Assembly: GCA_022565335.1 (NCBI GenBank)
Contig: JAIUMY010000001.1
Span: 7,817-71,816 of the forward strand
Direction: 5' to 3'
From: Opitutales bacterium
GTDB taxonomy: Bacteria; Verrucomicrobiota; Verrucomicrobiia; Opitutales; T3Sed10-336
DNA: 64,000 bases
Numbering within the stretch: position 1 is the stretch's first letter; each line of letters begins with the position of its first letter. The position numbers and the translations under genes are program-made. The notes under the pieces are model-generated. The model searched no databases, had not been told where the DNA came from, and saw only the letters and a list, made by a program, of their open reading frames with translations. Below are positions 38,694 to 50,900 of this stretch, in pieces.

Positions 38694-39722
38694 ATGCCCG
38701 TCGATACCACCCCTACCCCCCTCCCTCCGGAGATCGAAAATGAACTGGAAACCTTTCGCCAGCGTTTTCTCCACCTCGAAGCTGAAGTGGCCAAAATCAT
38801 GGTCGGGCAAGAGGATATTGTCCGCAACACCCTAACCGCCATCCTCGCCGGTGGACATGTTCTCCTGGAAGGGGTGCCCGGCTTGGGAAAAACGTTACTG
38901 GTCAAAACCATCTCCGAGGCCCTCGATCTCAACTTCGGACGCGTTCAGTTTACCCCCGATGTGATGCCCGCCGATCTCATCGGCACCAAAATGTTTGTCG
39001 ATGAGGGGCCGGGCAAATCCCGTTTTGAATTCTCCCGCGGCCCTCTTTTCACCAATCTCCTGCTCGGCGATGAGATTAACCGCGCCTCTCCCAAAACCCA
39101 ATCCGCCCTCCTCGAAGCCATGCAGGAACGGGCCGTCACCGTCGGCGGGGAAACCCATATTCTCGAAGCGCCCTTTTTTGTTCTGGCCACCCAGAACCCG
39201 CTGGAACAGGAAGGCACCTACCCCCTTCCTGAAGCCCAACTGGACCGTTTTCTCTTTAAACTGGAAGTCCCCTACCCCTCCTTTGATGAGTTTGACAACA
39301 TCCTCGAACGCACCACCGGAGAAGCCGCCACCACCCTGACTCCGGTTTTCGATGGCCATGAACTCACCCGTATGAGCCGATTGGCGAGAAAAATCCCAGT
39401 CCCCCCGACGGTGCGCCGACGCGTGGTGGAACTCATCATGGCCACCCATCCGGAAACCGAGTTTGCCACCGACGAAGTGAAAAAATGGGTACGCTTTGGT
39501 GCCAGCCCCAGAGCCGGACAGGCTTGTCTCCTGGCCGCTAAGATTCGCGCCATCCGCGAAGGCCGGGTCTATGTCGCCACCGAAGACATCCTCGCCTATG
39601 CGGTCCCTATCCTAAACCATCGGGTCCTCCTCAATTTCGAAGCTCAGGCGGATGGTGTATCCACCACCCATATCCTGAAGAATTTGATCAATACCAAAAA
39701 GGACCAGTGGAAAAACGCCTGA
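38694..39722 (+). CDS. MoxR-family AAA+ ATPase
   Basis: LLEGVPGLGKT Walker A, LLGDEINRASP Walker B, FVLATQNP sensor. ATG at 38694 is preferred over the longer track ORF. Confidence 0.9.
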   Translation: MPVDTTPTPLPPEIENELETFRQRFLHLEAEVAKIMVGQEDIVRNTLTAILAGGHVLLEGVPGLGKTLLVKTISEALDLNFGRVQFTPDVMPADLIGTKMFVDEGPGKSRFEFSRGPLFTNLLLGDEINRASPKTQSALLEAMQERAVTVGGETHILEAPFFVLATQNPLEQEGTYPLPEAQLDRFLFKLEVPYPSFDEFDNILERTTGEAATTLTPVFDGHELTRMSRLARKIPVPPTVRRRVVELIMATHPETEFATDEVKKWVRFGASPRAGQACLLAAKIRAIREGRVYVATEDILAYAVPILNHRVLLNFEAQADGVSTTHILKNLINTKKDQWKNA

Positions 39723-39751
39723 GTTGAAGCATCTACGCGGATTCCCTACTG

Positions 39752-40657
39752 ATGGCCCCTCCGATTGACAAAACTCTCTTCGACGACGACTTTTTGCGTC
39801 GCTTGCAAGGGTTGGCCCTTTTGGCCCGGCAGTTGGCCCGACAACAAAATCTGGCCCAACGAAGATCCTCCCAGCGCGGGGCCAATGTCGAATTCGCCGA
39901 ATACCGTCCCTTTCAACCGGGAGACGATTGGAAGCATATCGATTGGAATGCCTATGCCCGCTGGCGCACCTTGGTTCTCAAACTCTATGTCGAGGAAAAG
40001 GACCTTCCCGTTCATCTGTTACTCGACAATTCCCTCTCCATGGACTGGGGCGAACCGCGGAAATTTGACCAAGCCCGGCGTCTTGCCGCGGGACTGGCCT
40101 ATCTGGCCCTGGACCGGCACGACCGCACTTCCCTGGTCCCGCTTGCCGGAAGCGACTCTGCCGGATTGGGAACAGTTCGCGGGATGGGCCGGTTCTACGG
40201 AATCCTCGGCCAACTCTCCGCCCTGCAAACCAACGATCCCGGACGGGGCTTGGAAGAAATGACCGACCACTGGCTTCGCCGCCGCCCGGAAACCGGGATC
40301 ACCATCGTCCTTTCCGACTTGTGGGGCAAAAACTACCCCGATGCCCAGAAAATGATCGACCGCCTCCGCTATGCCCGCCACGAGATGATGGTAGTGCAAA
40401 CCATCGACCCCTCGGAAATGAGTCCGGGCGATGTCGGGGAATTCATGTTACACGACCGGGAAGGTGGCCAAACCCGCCGCATCACCATCGACCAGCGGGA
40501 AAAGGAACGCTTCCGCCAACGGGTGAATGATTATCAGAAAAAGCTCCAACGCTTTTGCCGGAGCAAGCAAATCACCTTGCTGACGGCAGAAACGCATCAA
40601 TCGGCCATTGACATTCTTTCGGTGGCCCTTCGTGAACAAGCCATGATTTCCGCATAA
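39752..40657 (+). CDS. DUF58 domain protein (MoxR partner, VWA-like)
   Basis: GANVEFAEYRPFQPGDDWKHIDWNAYAR, the DUF58 hallmark. Confidence 0.85.
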   Translation: MAPPIDKTLFDDDFLRRLQGLALLARQLARQQNLAQRRSSQRGANVEFAEYRPFQPGDDWKHIDWNAYARWRTLVLKLYVEEKDLPVHLLLDNSLSMDWGEPRKFDQARRLAAGLAYLALDRHDRTSLVPLAGSDSAGLGTVRGMGRFYGILGQLSALQTNDPGRGLEEMTDHWLRRRPETGITIVLSDLWGKNYPDAQKMIDRLRYARHEMMVVQTIDPSEMSPGDVGEFMLHDREGGQTRRITIDQREKERFRQRVNDYQKKLQRFCRSKQITLLTAETHQSAIDILSVALREQAMISA

Positions 40658-42315
40658 TGAGCCTTCTTTGGTCAACCGCATGGGCTCTGATGTTGCTCGC
40701 TTTGGTGCCGGTCCTCTTCTACTTGTTCCGGCAACTACCACGGAAACGAACCGTTTCCACCCTTCTTTTCTGGGAACTCCCGGCCCCCGAGGAAACAGAA
40801 ACCCGCCGTTGGCACCGCCTCCGCCGATGGATCTCCCTTCTCTTACAGATACTTTTCGTTTTACTCCTCTGCCTGGCCCTCGGACAACCCGTTTGGAAAG
40901 CCTGGCAAGACACCCCTCCGGCCACCGTTTTTGTTCTCGATGCCTCGCCTTCCATGGCCACCGCCAATGGAACCAACGCTTCACCCTGGGAGGAAGCTTT
41001 AGCGCAATTGCACCAACGGTTCGGCCAACTTCGCGCCAACGAGGAAGTTTCCGTCATTCTCGCCACTCCTGAACCACACGTCCTGTTGGAGTGGAACAAT
41101 CACCCCCGTCGGGCGCAGGAAGCCCTGAACCAAGCCGAGCTGGCCCCCACCGCCGCCGCTTGGCCGGAGACTTTACGCCTCGCCCGAAACCTTCGCCAAA
41201 GCCGTCCGGAAAGCGAAGTGGTGGTTCTCTCCAACCTTGTTTGGGCCGAATGGCCGGAAGAGGAATGGGAAGAAGAGTACCAACTCCTCACACTACCCAT
41301 TGACCCTTTTCACAACACCGGAATTACCCGTTTCGCCGCCCGGCGCTCCCTGTTTGCCCCCGGCGAGTATACCGTCTCCGCCGAAATCCTGCACGCGGGA
41401 GACGCCCCTTTTCGCGGCGAAGCCCTTTTATATCGGGATGAGGCGCTGCATGATTTGCGCAGTGTGGAATTGGAACCGGGGGAGGAATGGACTCATCAGT
41501 GGAACGGAAACTCCGCCGAGACCCATGCCTTTCAACTCGTCTTGGAACCCAACCAGAACGAACCCCCGCAATCCTTATCCTCCGATCTTCAAGCCGATCT
41601 CTCTCTGCCCGCTTTCCCCAGTCTGGAAGTGGCCTTTCATGGCACCCCTCACCCGTTTTTGATCGCCGCCTTCCGCGCTCAACCAAGTTTGCACTGGTCC
41701 TCCGACACGAACGGCTCCCCGGATCTGACCGTGTACTACCAATCCGTTCCCGCCGAATTCGAATCCCGCCCCGACCCCCCGGTCCTCCTTATACAGCCTC
41801 CGGAAAACGGCTTTTGGGGCGAACGCGGCTCCCCGGTGGAACGTCCGGTGGTGCTCCACCAAAAACAGGATCACCCTCTTTTGAGCCATGTTGACCTCAG
41901 CCTGCTGCGCTTACAACAAACGTCCCATTGGACGCCCCCTCCCGCCACCGAAATCTTTCTGGAAAGCCGCGAGGCCCCGCTGCTCTTTGGACGATGGGAC
42001 GCACGTCAAAAATGGCTGGTCCTGCCCTTCGCCCTCGAAGAATCGGATTTTGCCCTGCGGGCCGCCTTCCCGATTTTTGTCGGCAACTTACTGCAAACCC
42101 TCCGGCCCGCCCAGGATCCGATTATCAGCCAACTCCCCGGCCCCGTCTCCACGAGGGGTTCTTCCCTGACTCCCCCATCCGAAGTTCGCACCATCGCCGA
42201 ACCAACCACTCTTTCCTGGTTTCATCGGTTTCCCCTCTGGCAGTTTGTCCTCCTCCTCGGACTGGCCTGGCTCTTCGTCGAATGGTGGACCTATTCCCGC
42301 CGGCACACCGAATAA
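40657..42315 (+). CDS. BatA-N (aerotolerance regulator N-terminal) domain membrane protein
   Basis: N-terminal TM followed by the RKRTVSTLLFWE pattern. C-terminal TM. Its start overlaps the DUF58 stop by 1 nt. Confidence 0.7.
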   Translation: MSLLWSTAWALMLLALVPVLFYLFRQLPRKRTVSTLLFWELPAPEETETRRWHRLRRWISLLLQILFVLLLCLALGQPVWKAWQDTPPATVFVLDASPSMATANGTNASPWEEALAQLHQRFGQLRANEEVSVILATPEPHVLLEWNNHPRRAQEALNQAELAPTAAAWPETLRLARNLRQSRPESEVVVLSNLVWAEWPEEEWEEEYQLLTLPIDPFHNTGITRFAARRSLFAPGEYTVSAEILHAGDAPFRGEALLYRDEALHDLRSVELEPGEEWTHQWNGNSAETHAFQLVLEPNQNEPPQSLSSDLQADLSLPAFPSLEVAFHGTPHPFLIAAFRAQPSLHWSSDTNGSPDLTVYYQSVPAEFESRPDPPVLLIQPPENGFWGERGSPVERPVVLHQKQDHPLLSHVDLSLLRLQQTSHWTPPPATEIFLESREAPLLFGRWDARQKWLVLPFALEESDFALRAAFPIFVGNLLQTLRPAQDPIISQLPGPVSTRGSSLTPPSEVRTIAEPTTLSWFHRFPLWQFVLLLGLAWLFVEWWTYSRRHTE

Positions 42316-42318
42316 ACG

Positions 42319-44952
42319 ATGGTTCCTCTTTTCTCCCAGTTTTTCGGCTTCACCGGCCTGCTCCCGGAAATCATTCATCCGGGGTGGATCTGGCTGGTCC
42401 TCTTCCTGCCGTTCTTATGGCTTTGGGCCCGTAGATCCCTTGACCCCCTTTCTCCCCTTCGCCGAACCCTGGCCCTGATCGTTCGCTCGGCTCTGGTTCT
42501 TCTTCTCCTGGCCGCCCTGCTGGACCCGCGTATCGAAAGATCCACCGACCAAGACAATTTCCTCTGGCTGGTTGATGTCAGTGACAGCCTCGGCGACAAC
42601 GCCTGGCAAGCGTATCAGGACCTTCCGGAATCCTGGCGGGAATTGCCCGGCCAGCACCAATTGCTCCTCTTCGCCGGCGAGACGCAGTGGTTCTCCGACG
42701 CTTCCGGGCCGGAACATTTCTTCCGCGACCCCCTCGATCCCCGGCGAACCGACCTCGCCAATGCCTTGCGCATGGCCGAAGCCACCCGCAATGGCCAGGC
42801 CCGCAATCACCTTATCCTTCTTTCCGACGGCCGCCCCCTCGACGCCGACTGGACTTCCCTCGCCCAACGCTTCAGCGAACGCTCCCTCCCCATTCATACC
42901 TACACCGTGGATCCACCCGATGACCCGGAAGTGCTTGTGCGCTCTCTCCGGGCACCCTCCCATGTCCGCCAAAGTGAGCCCTTCTCGTTACGCGCCGAAG
43001 TCGTCAGCAACCGGGAACAGGAAGCCCGTGTCCGCCTGTATCGCAGCGGCGCCCTGGTCTATGAGAAAAAACAACTCCTCGAAAACGGAACCACCGTTTT
43101 CACCATGGACCAAACCATCGAGAGGGAAAACCTCGCCGAATTCTCCTTTTGGGTAGATGCGCCCGAGGACACCCATCTCGATAATAACCAACGCTCGGTT
43201 TTTGTCCACGCCCAGGGCGCCTCCCGGATTTTGCTTTTGACCGATGAGCCGCGCCATGCCCGCTATCTTTCCCTCGCTCTCCAGCAAGAGGGCATACAGC
43301 TGGACACCCGGCCCGCCGAAGGAGCACCCTCTTCGTTGGGGGATTTACAAAATTACGATTTACTCATTCTCGACAACATCCCCGCCACCGCCCTGCAAAC
43401 CGAACAACTGGAACTCATCCGCTCCTACATTATGGATTTTGGCGGAGGGCTTCTGATGTTGGGCGGCGACCAATCCTTTGGTCTCGGCGGCTATCACCGC
43501 AGCCCCCTCCGCGATGTCCTGCCCCTCTACACCGACTACCAGGACGAAGAAGAGTCCCCCTCCGTGGCCTTGGCTCTGGTTCTCGACAAAAGCGGCAGCA
43601 TGAGTGGCGAACGTATCGAAATGGCCCGCGCCGCCGCCATTGGCGCGGTTGAGCTTCTCACCCCTACAGATTTTGCCGGAGTGATTGCCTTTGACGGAGA
43701 AGCCCGGTGGGTCGCCGAAATGCAACCTCTCACCGATCCCTACCGCCTAAACCAGTTAATCGAATCCATCGAAGCCGGCGGCGGCACCAATCTGGCCCCC
43801 GGCATGCAAATGGCCCTCGATGGTCTGCGCCGAACGCCAGCCCGGATTAAACACGCAATCATTCTCTCGGACGGACATTCCGTTCCGGGCGAATTCAACG
43901 AAATCGCCAGCCGCATGGCCCGCGAAAACATATCCGTGAGCACCGTTGGGGTAGGCCAAGGCGTCGATGTCGAACTGCTGCGGGAAATCGCCCGCCTCGG
44001 GCAGGGACGTTATTACTATACCGAAAGCAATCGGGATATCCCGCAAATCATGGCCCAGGAAACCATGACCGCTACCGGCTCGGCCATCCAGGAGCTGCCC
44101 TTTGCCCCGGTCATCAACCAGTCGGCGGATTTTCTCGCCGGCATCGATATGGGCCGCGCCCCTTTTCTTTATGGATATGTCCGCACCATGGCCCGCGAGA
44201 CCGCCAATACCTGGCTGCTTACCGAGGACGGCCACCCGCTCTTTGCCAGTTGGCGCTACGGGCTGGGACAAGTCGGGGCTTTCACCTCCGATGCCCGCAA
44301 CCGCTGGGCCCTGGAATGGTTGCGCTGGCCCGCCTACTCCCGCTTTTGGGCGCAAACGATTCGCCACCTCCAACGCTCTCCCTCGGAAAACCAATTCTCC
44401 ATCGACTGGGAGCAACAGGAAAATGGATACCACCTGACCATCGAAACCATCAGTGAATCCGGTCGCTGGCTGGACCATCGGGTCGAAGGCCGTATCCTCG
44501 CCCTGCGCGAAGATGGCAACCGCCAAACCGTCCCAACCGAATCCGTGGCCCCGGGCCGCCACCACGCCTTCATCTCCGACACCACCTCCACTGCCCAGCA
44601 TTTGGATATCCGTTTTATCGATACGGTCGAGAACCGTGAGCGCAATCATCAGTTTCTCACCCTTCACCCGTCTTTTTCCGACGAGTACCTGCTTCGTCCG
44701 GCAGACCATGACTTTATGGCCCAGCTGAGTCAGCAAACCGGAGGCACCGTTCTCAACGAGGAACAAACCCTCCCCGCCTGGACCCGAACCGACGACCGCA
44801 CCGCGACCCGCTCCCAAGCCCTCTGGCCCTGGCTGGTCGCCCTGGCCCTTCTCCTCTTTTTCCTCGACCTCGCCCTCAAACGCTGGCCCGACCCCAACGC
44901 CGCCCCCGGCCTGGTCCGCTTTCCCTTCCCCACTCGCAAACCATCGAAATGA
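42319..44952 (+). CDS. Membrane VWA-domain protein with central GATase1-like domain
   Basis: N-terminal TMs. YDLLILDNIPAT..GGGLLMLGGDQSFG. MIDAS LVLDKSGSMSGERI. C-terminal TM. Confidence 0.8.
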   Translation: MVPLFSQFFGFTGLLPEIIHPGWIWLVLFLPFLWLWARRSLDPLSPLRRTLALIVRSALVLLLLAALLDPRIERSTDQDNFLWLVDVSDSLGDNAWQAYQDLPESWRELPGQHQLLLFAGETQWFSDASGPEHFFRDPLDPRRTDLANALRMAEATRNGQARNHLILLSDGRPLDADWTSLAQRFSERSLPIHTYTVDPPDDPEVLVRSLRAPSHVRQSEPFSLRAEVVSNREQEARVRLYRSGALVYEKKQLLENGTTVFTMDQTIERENLAEFSFWVDAPEDTHLDNNQRSVFVHAQGASRILLLTDEPRHARYLSLALQQEGIQLDTRPAEGAPSSLGDLQNYDLLILDNIPATALQTEQLELIRSYIMDFGGGLLMLGGDQSFGLGGYHRSPLRDVLPLYTDYQDEEESPSVALALVLDKSGSMSGERIEMARAAAIGAVELLTPTDFAGVIAFDGEARWVAEMQPLTDPYRLNQLIESIEAGGGTNLAPGMQMALDGLRRTPARIKHAIILSDGHSVPGEFNEIASRMARENISVSTVGVGQGVDVELLREIARLGQGRYYYTESNRDIPQIMAQETMTATGSAIQELPFAPVINQSADFLAGIDMGRAPFLYGYVRTMARETANTWLLTEDGHPLFASWRYGLGQVGAFTSDARNRWALEWLRWPAYSRFWAQTIRHLQRSPSENQFSIDWEQQENGYHLTIETISESGRWLDHRVEGRILALREDGNRQTVPTESVAPGRHHAFISDTTSTAQHLDIRFIDTVENRERNHQFLTLHPSFSDEYLLRPADHDFMAQLSQQTGGTVLNEEQTLPAWTRTDDRTATRSQALWPWLVALALLLFFLDLALKRWPDPNAAPGLVRFPFPTRKPSK

Positions 44953-47900
44953 TGAGAAAGCGAACCCTACTCCCCCTCCTTCTTACCCTTTTATTTCTCC
45001 CGTCTCTCTTCGCCGACGAGGCTCTCCCCGGGGATATTCAACGCTACGAGCAAATGCTCCTGCAAGCCCCCGGTCCAAGCCCGGCCTTTGATCGGGTGTA
45101 TCAACACTACCAAAACCAACGCCACCTCGACGGTCTGCAACAGCGCTGGGAAGAAGCCCTCGCCGACGAACCCGAGCAAGCCGCCGCCTACCATTTCCTC
45201 CTCGGCTTACTGGCCGAACAACGTTCCGACCTCTCCCAAGCCCGCCAACACCTTACACAGGCGACCGAGACCGACCCCCAACTCTCCACCGCTTTCCAAC
45301 GCCTTGCCGAAATCCATCTCCGCACAGGGGCTCTCAATGAAGCCGTGACCGCCTATGAGAATGCCCTTAGAGGCCCTCTTTCGGCTAACGAGGAACAACA
45401 GATTCTTCTCGAGTTGGGAAGAATTCATCTACGTCTAGCCGATCCCGATAGTGCCAAGGGAACCTGGGGGGCTTTGCTCAGGCGTTTTCCCGACGATCCT
45501 TATGTCTTCGAGGAGATTGGTGAGGCCTTTCTCTATGCCGGTCAATTTGAAGACTCGCGGGGAATCCTAAGGGCCATGGCGGCCAATCCCTCCACCGATC
45601 CCTTTCGCCGCCTGCAAGCGCTTCTGCGGATCGGTGAGACGTATGACTACCAGGGGCACTGGAAGGAGGCTCTGGAATATTTCGAGTCCGTTCTCAACCA
45701 AAGCCAACCGGACAGCTGGCTGCAACGCCAGGCTCTGGAAAAAATCGAAGAACTCTACACCCGTGGCGGGCAAACCGAACAGTTCGTTCAATTCCTTGAG
45801 AATCGCCTGGACAATCAACCCGACCTCTTTACCGCCCGCCGTTTACAACAGGTGCTGATACGCCTTGGCGAGACCGAACAAGCCCATCAATGGCTACGCC
45901 AAATGGCCTCCTGGGCACCCGACAATGATGACCTGCAAGCTGAACTGGCGGCGCTTTTGATAGAGGAAAAACAATGGAACGAGGCGGAGGAAATTCTGCT
46001 CCGCCTAACCCGTCGTCATCCGGAGAATTGGCGCTATTGGGAAACTCTCGGCTCTTTCTATCTAAAGCGCAACCAGGACGGTGACCGCCAAAAAGCAACC
46101 GAGACGTGGAGCCAACTCGTCGATCCGGACACCACTGCGGTTCACCCGTTTATCCGGCTGGGGGAACTTTATGACCGCTACGGTTGGGAAGAAGAGGCCC
46201 TGCAAAGTTTTCAGCAAGGCCTTGCCCGGGATCCCCGGGATTTTTCGTTACGGGAGAAAACAGGGTTGTATCTCATGGACCTTGGACGTGAAGAGGAAGC
46301 CTGGAAGGTCCTTCGCGGAGAAAACGACGAGCTTCCCCGCGCCCGTGATTATTACCGTCTCGCCCAACTCAAAGAGCGTTTCGAAAAACCGGACGGGGCT
46401 CTTCGCGCACTGCGTCGGGGATTGCAACTGGAACCGCACAACTACCCTCTTTTGCAACGCAAATGGCAGTTCCTCAGCAATGACGACCAATGGGCAGAGG
46501 CGCTTACCCTGATTCCCCGGATGGAGAAAGCTCTTCCCAGCGAGCGCCATGCCTCCTCTCTGGACCGGCTCCATCGCCTCACTTTGGTCCGGACTGGCCA
46601 ACTGGACGAATATTTCGAGGCTCTCACGGCAACCTACGGAAAGTCCGTCGGGACGAATACGCCAATGCCCGAAAGCGATCTGCGCTTTTTCCTTTTCCTC
46701 ATACCATGGCAAGGGGAAAGCGAAGAAAAAGCAAAGATCATCGATCAAGCTCTCGTCTGGTACCCCGAAGCTCCGTTTGTCTGGGAGGGCCAATACCAAA
46801 TCGCCCGGGCAGAGGAAGATACCGAAACGATGGAACACGCCTCGCGCGAACTGATCACCCATCGCCCCGGCCGCACCGCTGAATGGCTGAGACGATGGGC
46901 ACAGGATTTACTCACCCTCAAAGAAAAGGAGCGGGCGTTGAAAGTAGCCGCCGAATGGCAACAGTATCAACCCACGAACCCGGACGTCTATCTGCTCCGG
47001 GCCGATATTCTCTACCGCAAAGGTCGGAACGAGGAAGGGAATCACGCCCTGCGGCAAGCCATCCCTTTCAGCAATGAGCCGGAACTCCTGCACCAAAGAC
47101 TCACCGAGGCCTATGGCGAGCAAGGCCGCTGGCGTGACGCGGCGGAGCTTATGCAGGAAACGTTCGCCGCTCTCCCCTCCCGCTCCCAACGCCTGACCAT
47201 GCTGGATCGGATGGTCGAGATTCACCCCCTGACCGGAAAGACGGATTCGTTTATGGACCTGTTTTTTCAGCGTTTTCCCGAACTAACGCAAGGCCCCGAT
47301 TTCCACCTTTACCGCAGCGAGATTTATTATGCCAAAGGAAAACCGGAGGCCGCCCGGCGGGAATTGGAAAGAGCCTCCGCAATGGACCCGGAGGATTCCG
47401 CAACGATTGAAGCCTTCATTCGACAAGCCCTCGAGGAGGAGGATCTGGACGAAGCCATTCGCCAAACCCGCAATTTGCTGAGCCAAGCCAGTAGCCCCGA
47501 AACTGAATTACAGCTCGCCAAGCGGCTCTTGCAAAACCGCGAGGTGGACGAGGCCCTCACCATTCTCCAACGCCACGGTCGTCTCCTCGCCGGAGACCAG
47601 GAGCAGTGGCCCGTCTTTTTGGAGCTCATCCACGACACGCAGGACCGCTTGCAATTGGCCCATATTCTTTATGATCACCGAAACTGGCTGGAGGACTCTT
47701 GGTCCGCCAGAATCGCCCTGGCGGAACTCTTTCTGCGCGAAGTTTCCCTGGAAAAAGCCGAAGCGCTCTTTTGGCAAGTCTATGATACCGAACCAAGGGA
47801 TCGCTTTTCCGAGGAAGAAGAGGCCTTCCCCTCCGGAAATGTGACCTCACGAGGCCATCCGGCTTCACGGGAATTTTATTCAACCACCCGGGCCTTCACC

Positions 47901-50900
47901 GAGGCTCGTCGGCAAATCACGAACACCCAACGAATTTTCCGAAGCACCCGGGCCCGCCAACGGCCACCCCAAGCGCGAAGCAATCTTTTGGAAACAAACC
48001 TTCCTCCCCGCGCCGAAGCCCGTAGCCAAGCCCTGGGTTACCTTATCGGAATCGCCCTGATCCAAGGGGAGGAAGAGGCTTTCATCAACAAGCTGAACGA
48101 ACACCACCGAGAACGTGACATTCCCCTGCATCATGTCGTGTGGGACAAACTCCGCATCGGCCTTTTCGACGAGGCCTTTTTCGAGACGCTGGATAAAATT
48201 ATTGCCGACCCGGATTTGGCGAACCCTGATTGGGTGGCTCTTTTCCATCCGTATTTACGGAGAGAATACCACAGCTTGGAAGACTTGGATTTGATCAAGG
48301 CATTCACCAAACGCCAAGTGGCCCTCAACGGGACCACCAGAGATTCGCTCTACGAGCACTACTTTCGCGACACCTACGACGAATGGCTTATGGCCGCCTA
48401 CCATCGCAATTTGTCGGTTTCGGAAGAGGAGATCAATCAAGTCCTCGAAGAAGCGGAGGAAATCCTGGGGAAGGACTCGCGCCACTACCAGCTTTTCGAC
48501 CGCGCCCGTTTCATCGCGGCCGTGTATCATCAAAATTACGACACGGTTCGAGAGAAAATTCCCGCTGTTCTCGAACAGGCATCCCGCAATAGAGGGAGTC
48601 TGGCGGAGCACCTGCTTTACGACTTCATCCGCCTTTCCACCGCTGACCAACACCCTCTTACGCCGGAACAATTGGAGGTTATCCCCTATTTCCTGCCGCA
48701 CCTGCGGGCGATCCGGGCGCACGACAATCGGAACTATCGGCTCACCGAGGACTATTTTACAATTCCCGTTCTCCACAGCAATGCGGTATCCCCCCCATTG
48801 CTGCACCCGTTGTATTTACTCTTTCAACGACACCAACACGAGGGTACGGAGCAAGACCTGATTGAGGCCTTCACCTGGAAACCGGAGTCCTGGCCTTCCG
48901 ACTCAAGTCGCAGAACCCATCAGATCCTACGTTTTTTTCTCTACCTCTGGTCCGGTGACGAGCAAACCATTCCCTATGGTGAAAAGCTCCTCGCCGAATC
49001 GCGCGACCTGGGCGTCAGCCTTAACCTGGCTCTGCTCTATCATGAGAAAGGCAATACCGAGCGGGCGCTCGATCTTTTGCATGAATTTGATTCAACCAAT
49101 TTTGGCCTCTATCCAACCGTTCAATGGAAAACCATCACGCTGGCCCAGGGAGAGGAAAGATTCCAGCCCATCGCCCGGGCAGCGCTGGAGCGACTGGAGG
49201 AAAATTGGTCCAGACACCGGCGACGGCTTTCCGTAAGCCTTGAGGATCTGTATCACAAAGCCGGTTTGGGAGAGGAATGGGACCAAAGGCAGCAGGCGAA
49301 AGCCGAGGCCGAAGCCGAAGCCAAAGCCGAGGCGGAAGCCAAAGCACAAAAAAAGAAGGAAGCAGCCCGACCAGAAACGTCGGCCCCTGAAGTCACCTCA
49401 TCCTCACCATCCCCGCCGGAACCTTTACCGAGACCAACCCGAGAACCGATTGACCTGAGCACCACTCCGGTCTGGGAAAGCGCCCATTCCCGTTTGCGGG
49501 AAACCAGCGATCCCATCGAAAGAGTTCGCCTGGCCCGAGAACTTCTGCAAACCGCTCCGCTGGGTTTCAGGGATGAAACCGTTACGGCCAACAACCGTTT
49601 ACACTATGGCAGCAATACCCACATTCGAAGGTTGCTCGTGGCCAAAATTTATGCCCTGCGGGTCTTGCACCAAGAGAATGAGCGGGAAGCCTTCCTCCAG
49701 GAACTCGTGGATCAACACCAGGCACGTCCCACTTCCTTGCCCACCATTGCCCGCATTATCGAAGCAATTGAATTTTCAGACCCTCCTTTACCCAAGGATA
49801 CATTGCCTTCCGGCAAAGGTCTTGCCCACTACTATCGTGCCGCTCTCAAGGTGCAACCGAATCACTCCTATTTCGAAGAAAGTTTCGGACTCTATGCTCA
49901 TGCCAACGAAGAATGGGGACAACTGGCGGACTTTTATGCCGACCGGGTGAAGCGTAATCCGTATCTCGTTCTTCAGAACGAAGACCCCAAAATTTTCGAA
50001 GCCTATGCCAAAGCTGGCCGGGTCTCCGAGGTGGTCGATCAGTTTCTGGAGAACGAATTATTTCAACTACGTCTTGATCGGCTTGGCTTCGAGAGAATTT
50101 TTTTCTTACGCAACAACTTTAGGGAAATCCGCGAGCACTTGGAGAGCCATGGTCTTTACGATGAATTGTTTCCTCTGGAAAAATTTCAAATCCAAGAGCT
50201 GAACACCGGGCGGGCTACTTTTTCCTATGTCTGGTTACTGCGTCATGGACAAAACTTTGGTCTTACGGAAAGTGATCACCTGGAAATTCTCCGGACATTC
50301 TTCGCCCCCACGCAAATCGTTGATCCACCGATCTACCATACAACAACGAGAAGCACGACCTTTCTCCAATCGTTTTCCGAATGGATGCTTCCTCGAAAAT
50401 TATGGAAGCAGCATTCCTTTCTGGTGGATCCGTTTCTCCTACTAAGGGAGGCCGAACCAGCCGCGCTGAAGGATTTCTGGGCAGAATGGCAAAACGACTA
50501 TGGGACCCAAAAAGGACTTTCAGCCGAGGTTTTATTGCAAGGCGCTTTGCTTAGCCACCAACTCGAAGACCCGGCCTTCCCGGAGCTTTTCAAACGACTC
50601 GCCCGTCTAGTCCAATACACCTATGGCGAAGAGAACCGAAAGTATTTCCACCAAACCTATTTTCTGCCCTTGTTAAAGACGCCGGGAATCCGTAAGGCCT
50701 CTCCCGAACAACGGCATGAATTTGCCCTGGCTTTGCGCCCGAACTCCAGTCGAAGGGGAGCCTTTCAATGGATGACCGGAGAACAACCCTTCCGGGCTCT
50801 GCCGGCATGGCAACGTTTGGAAAAGAATCATCTCCTCGGTCAGGAAGAGGAAGCCTATAACCTTTCCCGACATTTGCTTGAGCAATTGATGTCAAACGGC

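Noticed and set aside
43756-44817. 353-aa minus-strand ORF inside the VWA/GATase-like gene.
   Set aside because: It is a shadow ORF, because the plus strand has the MIDAS motif and operon coupling.
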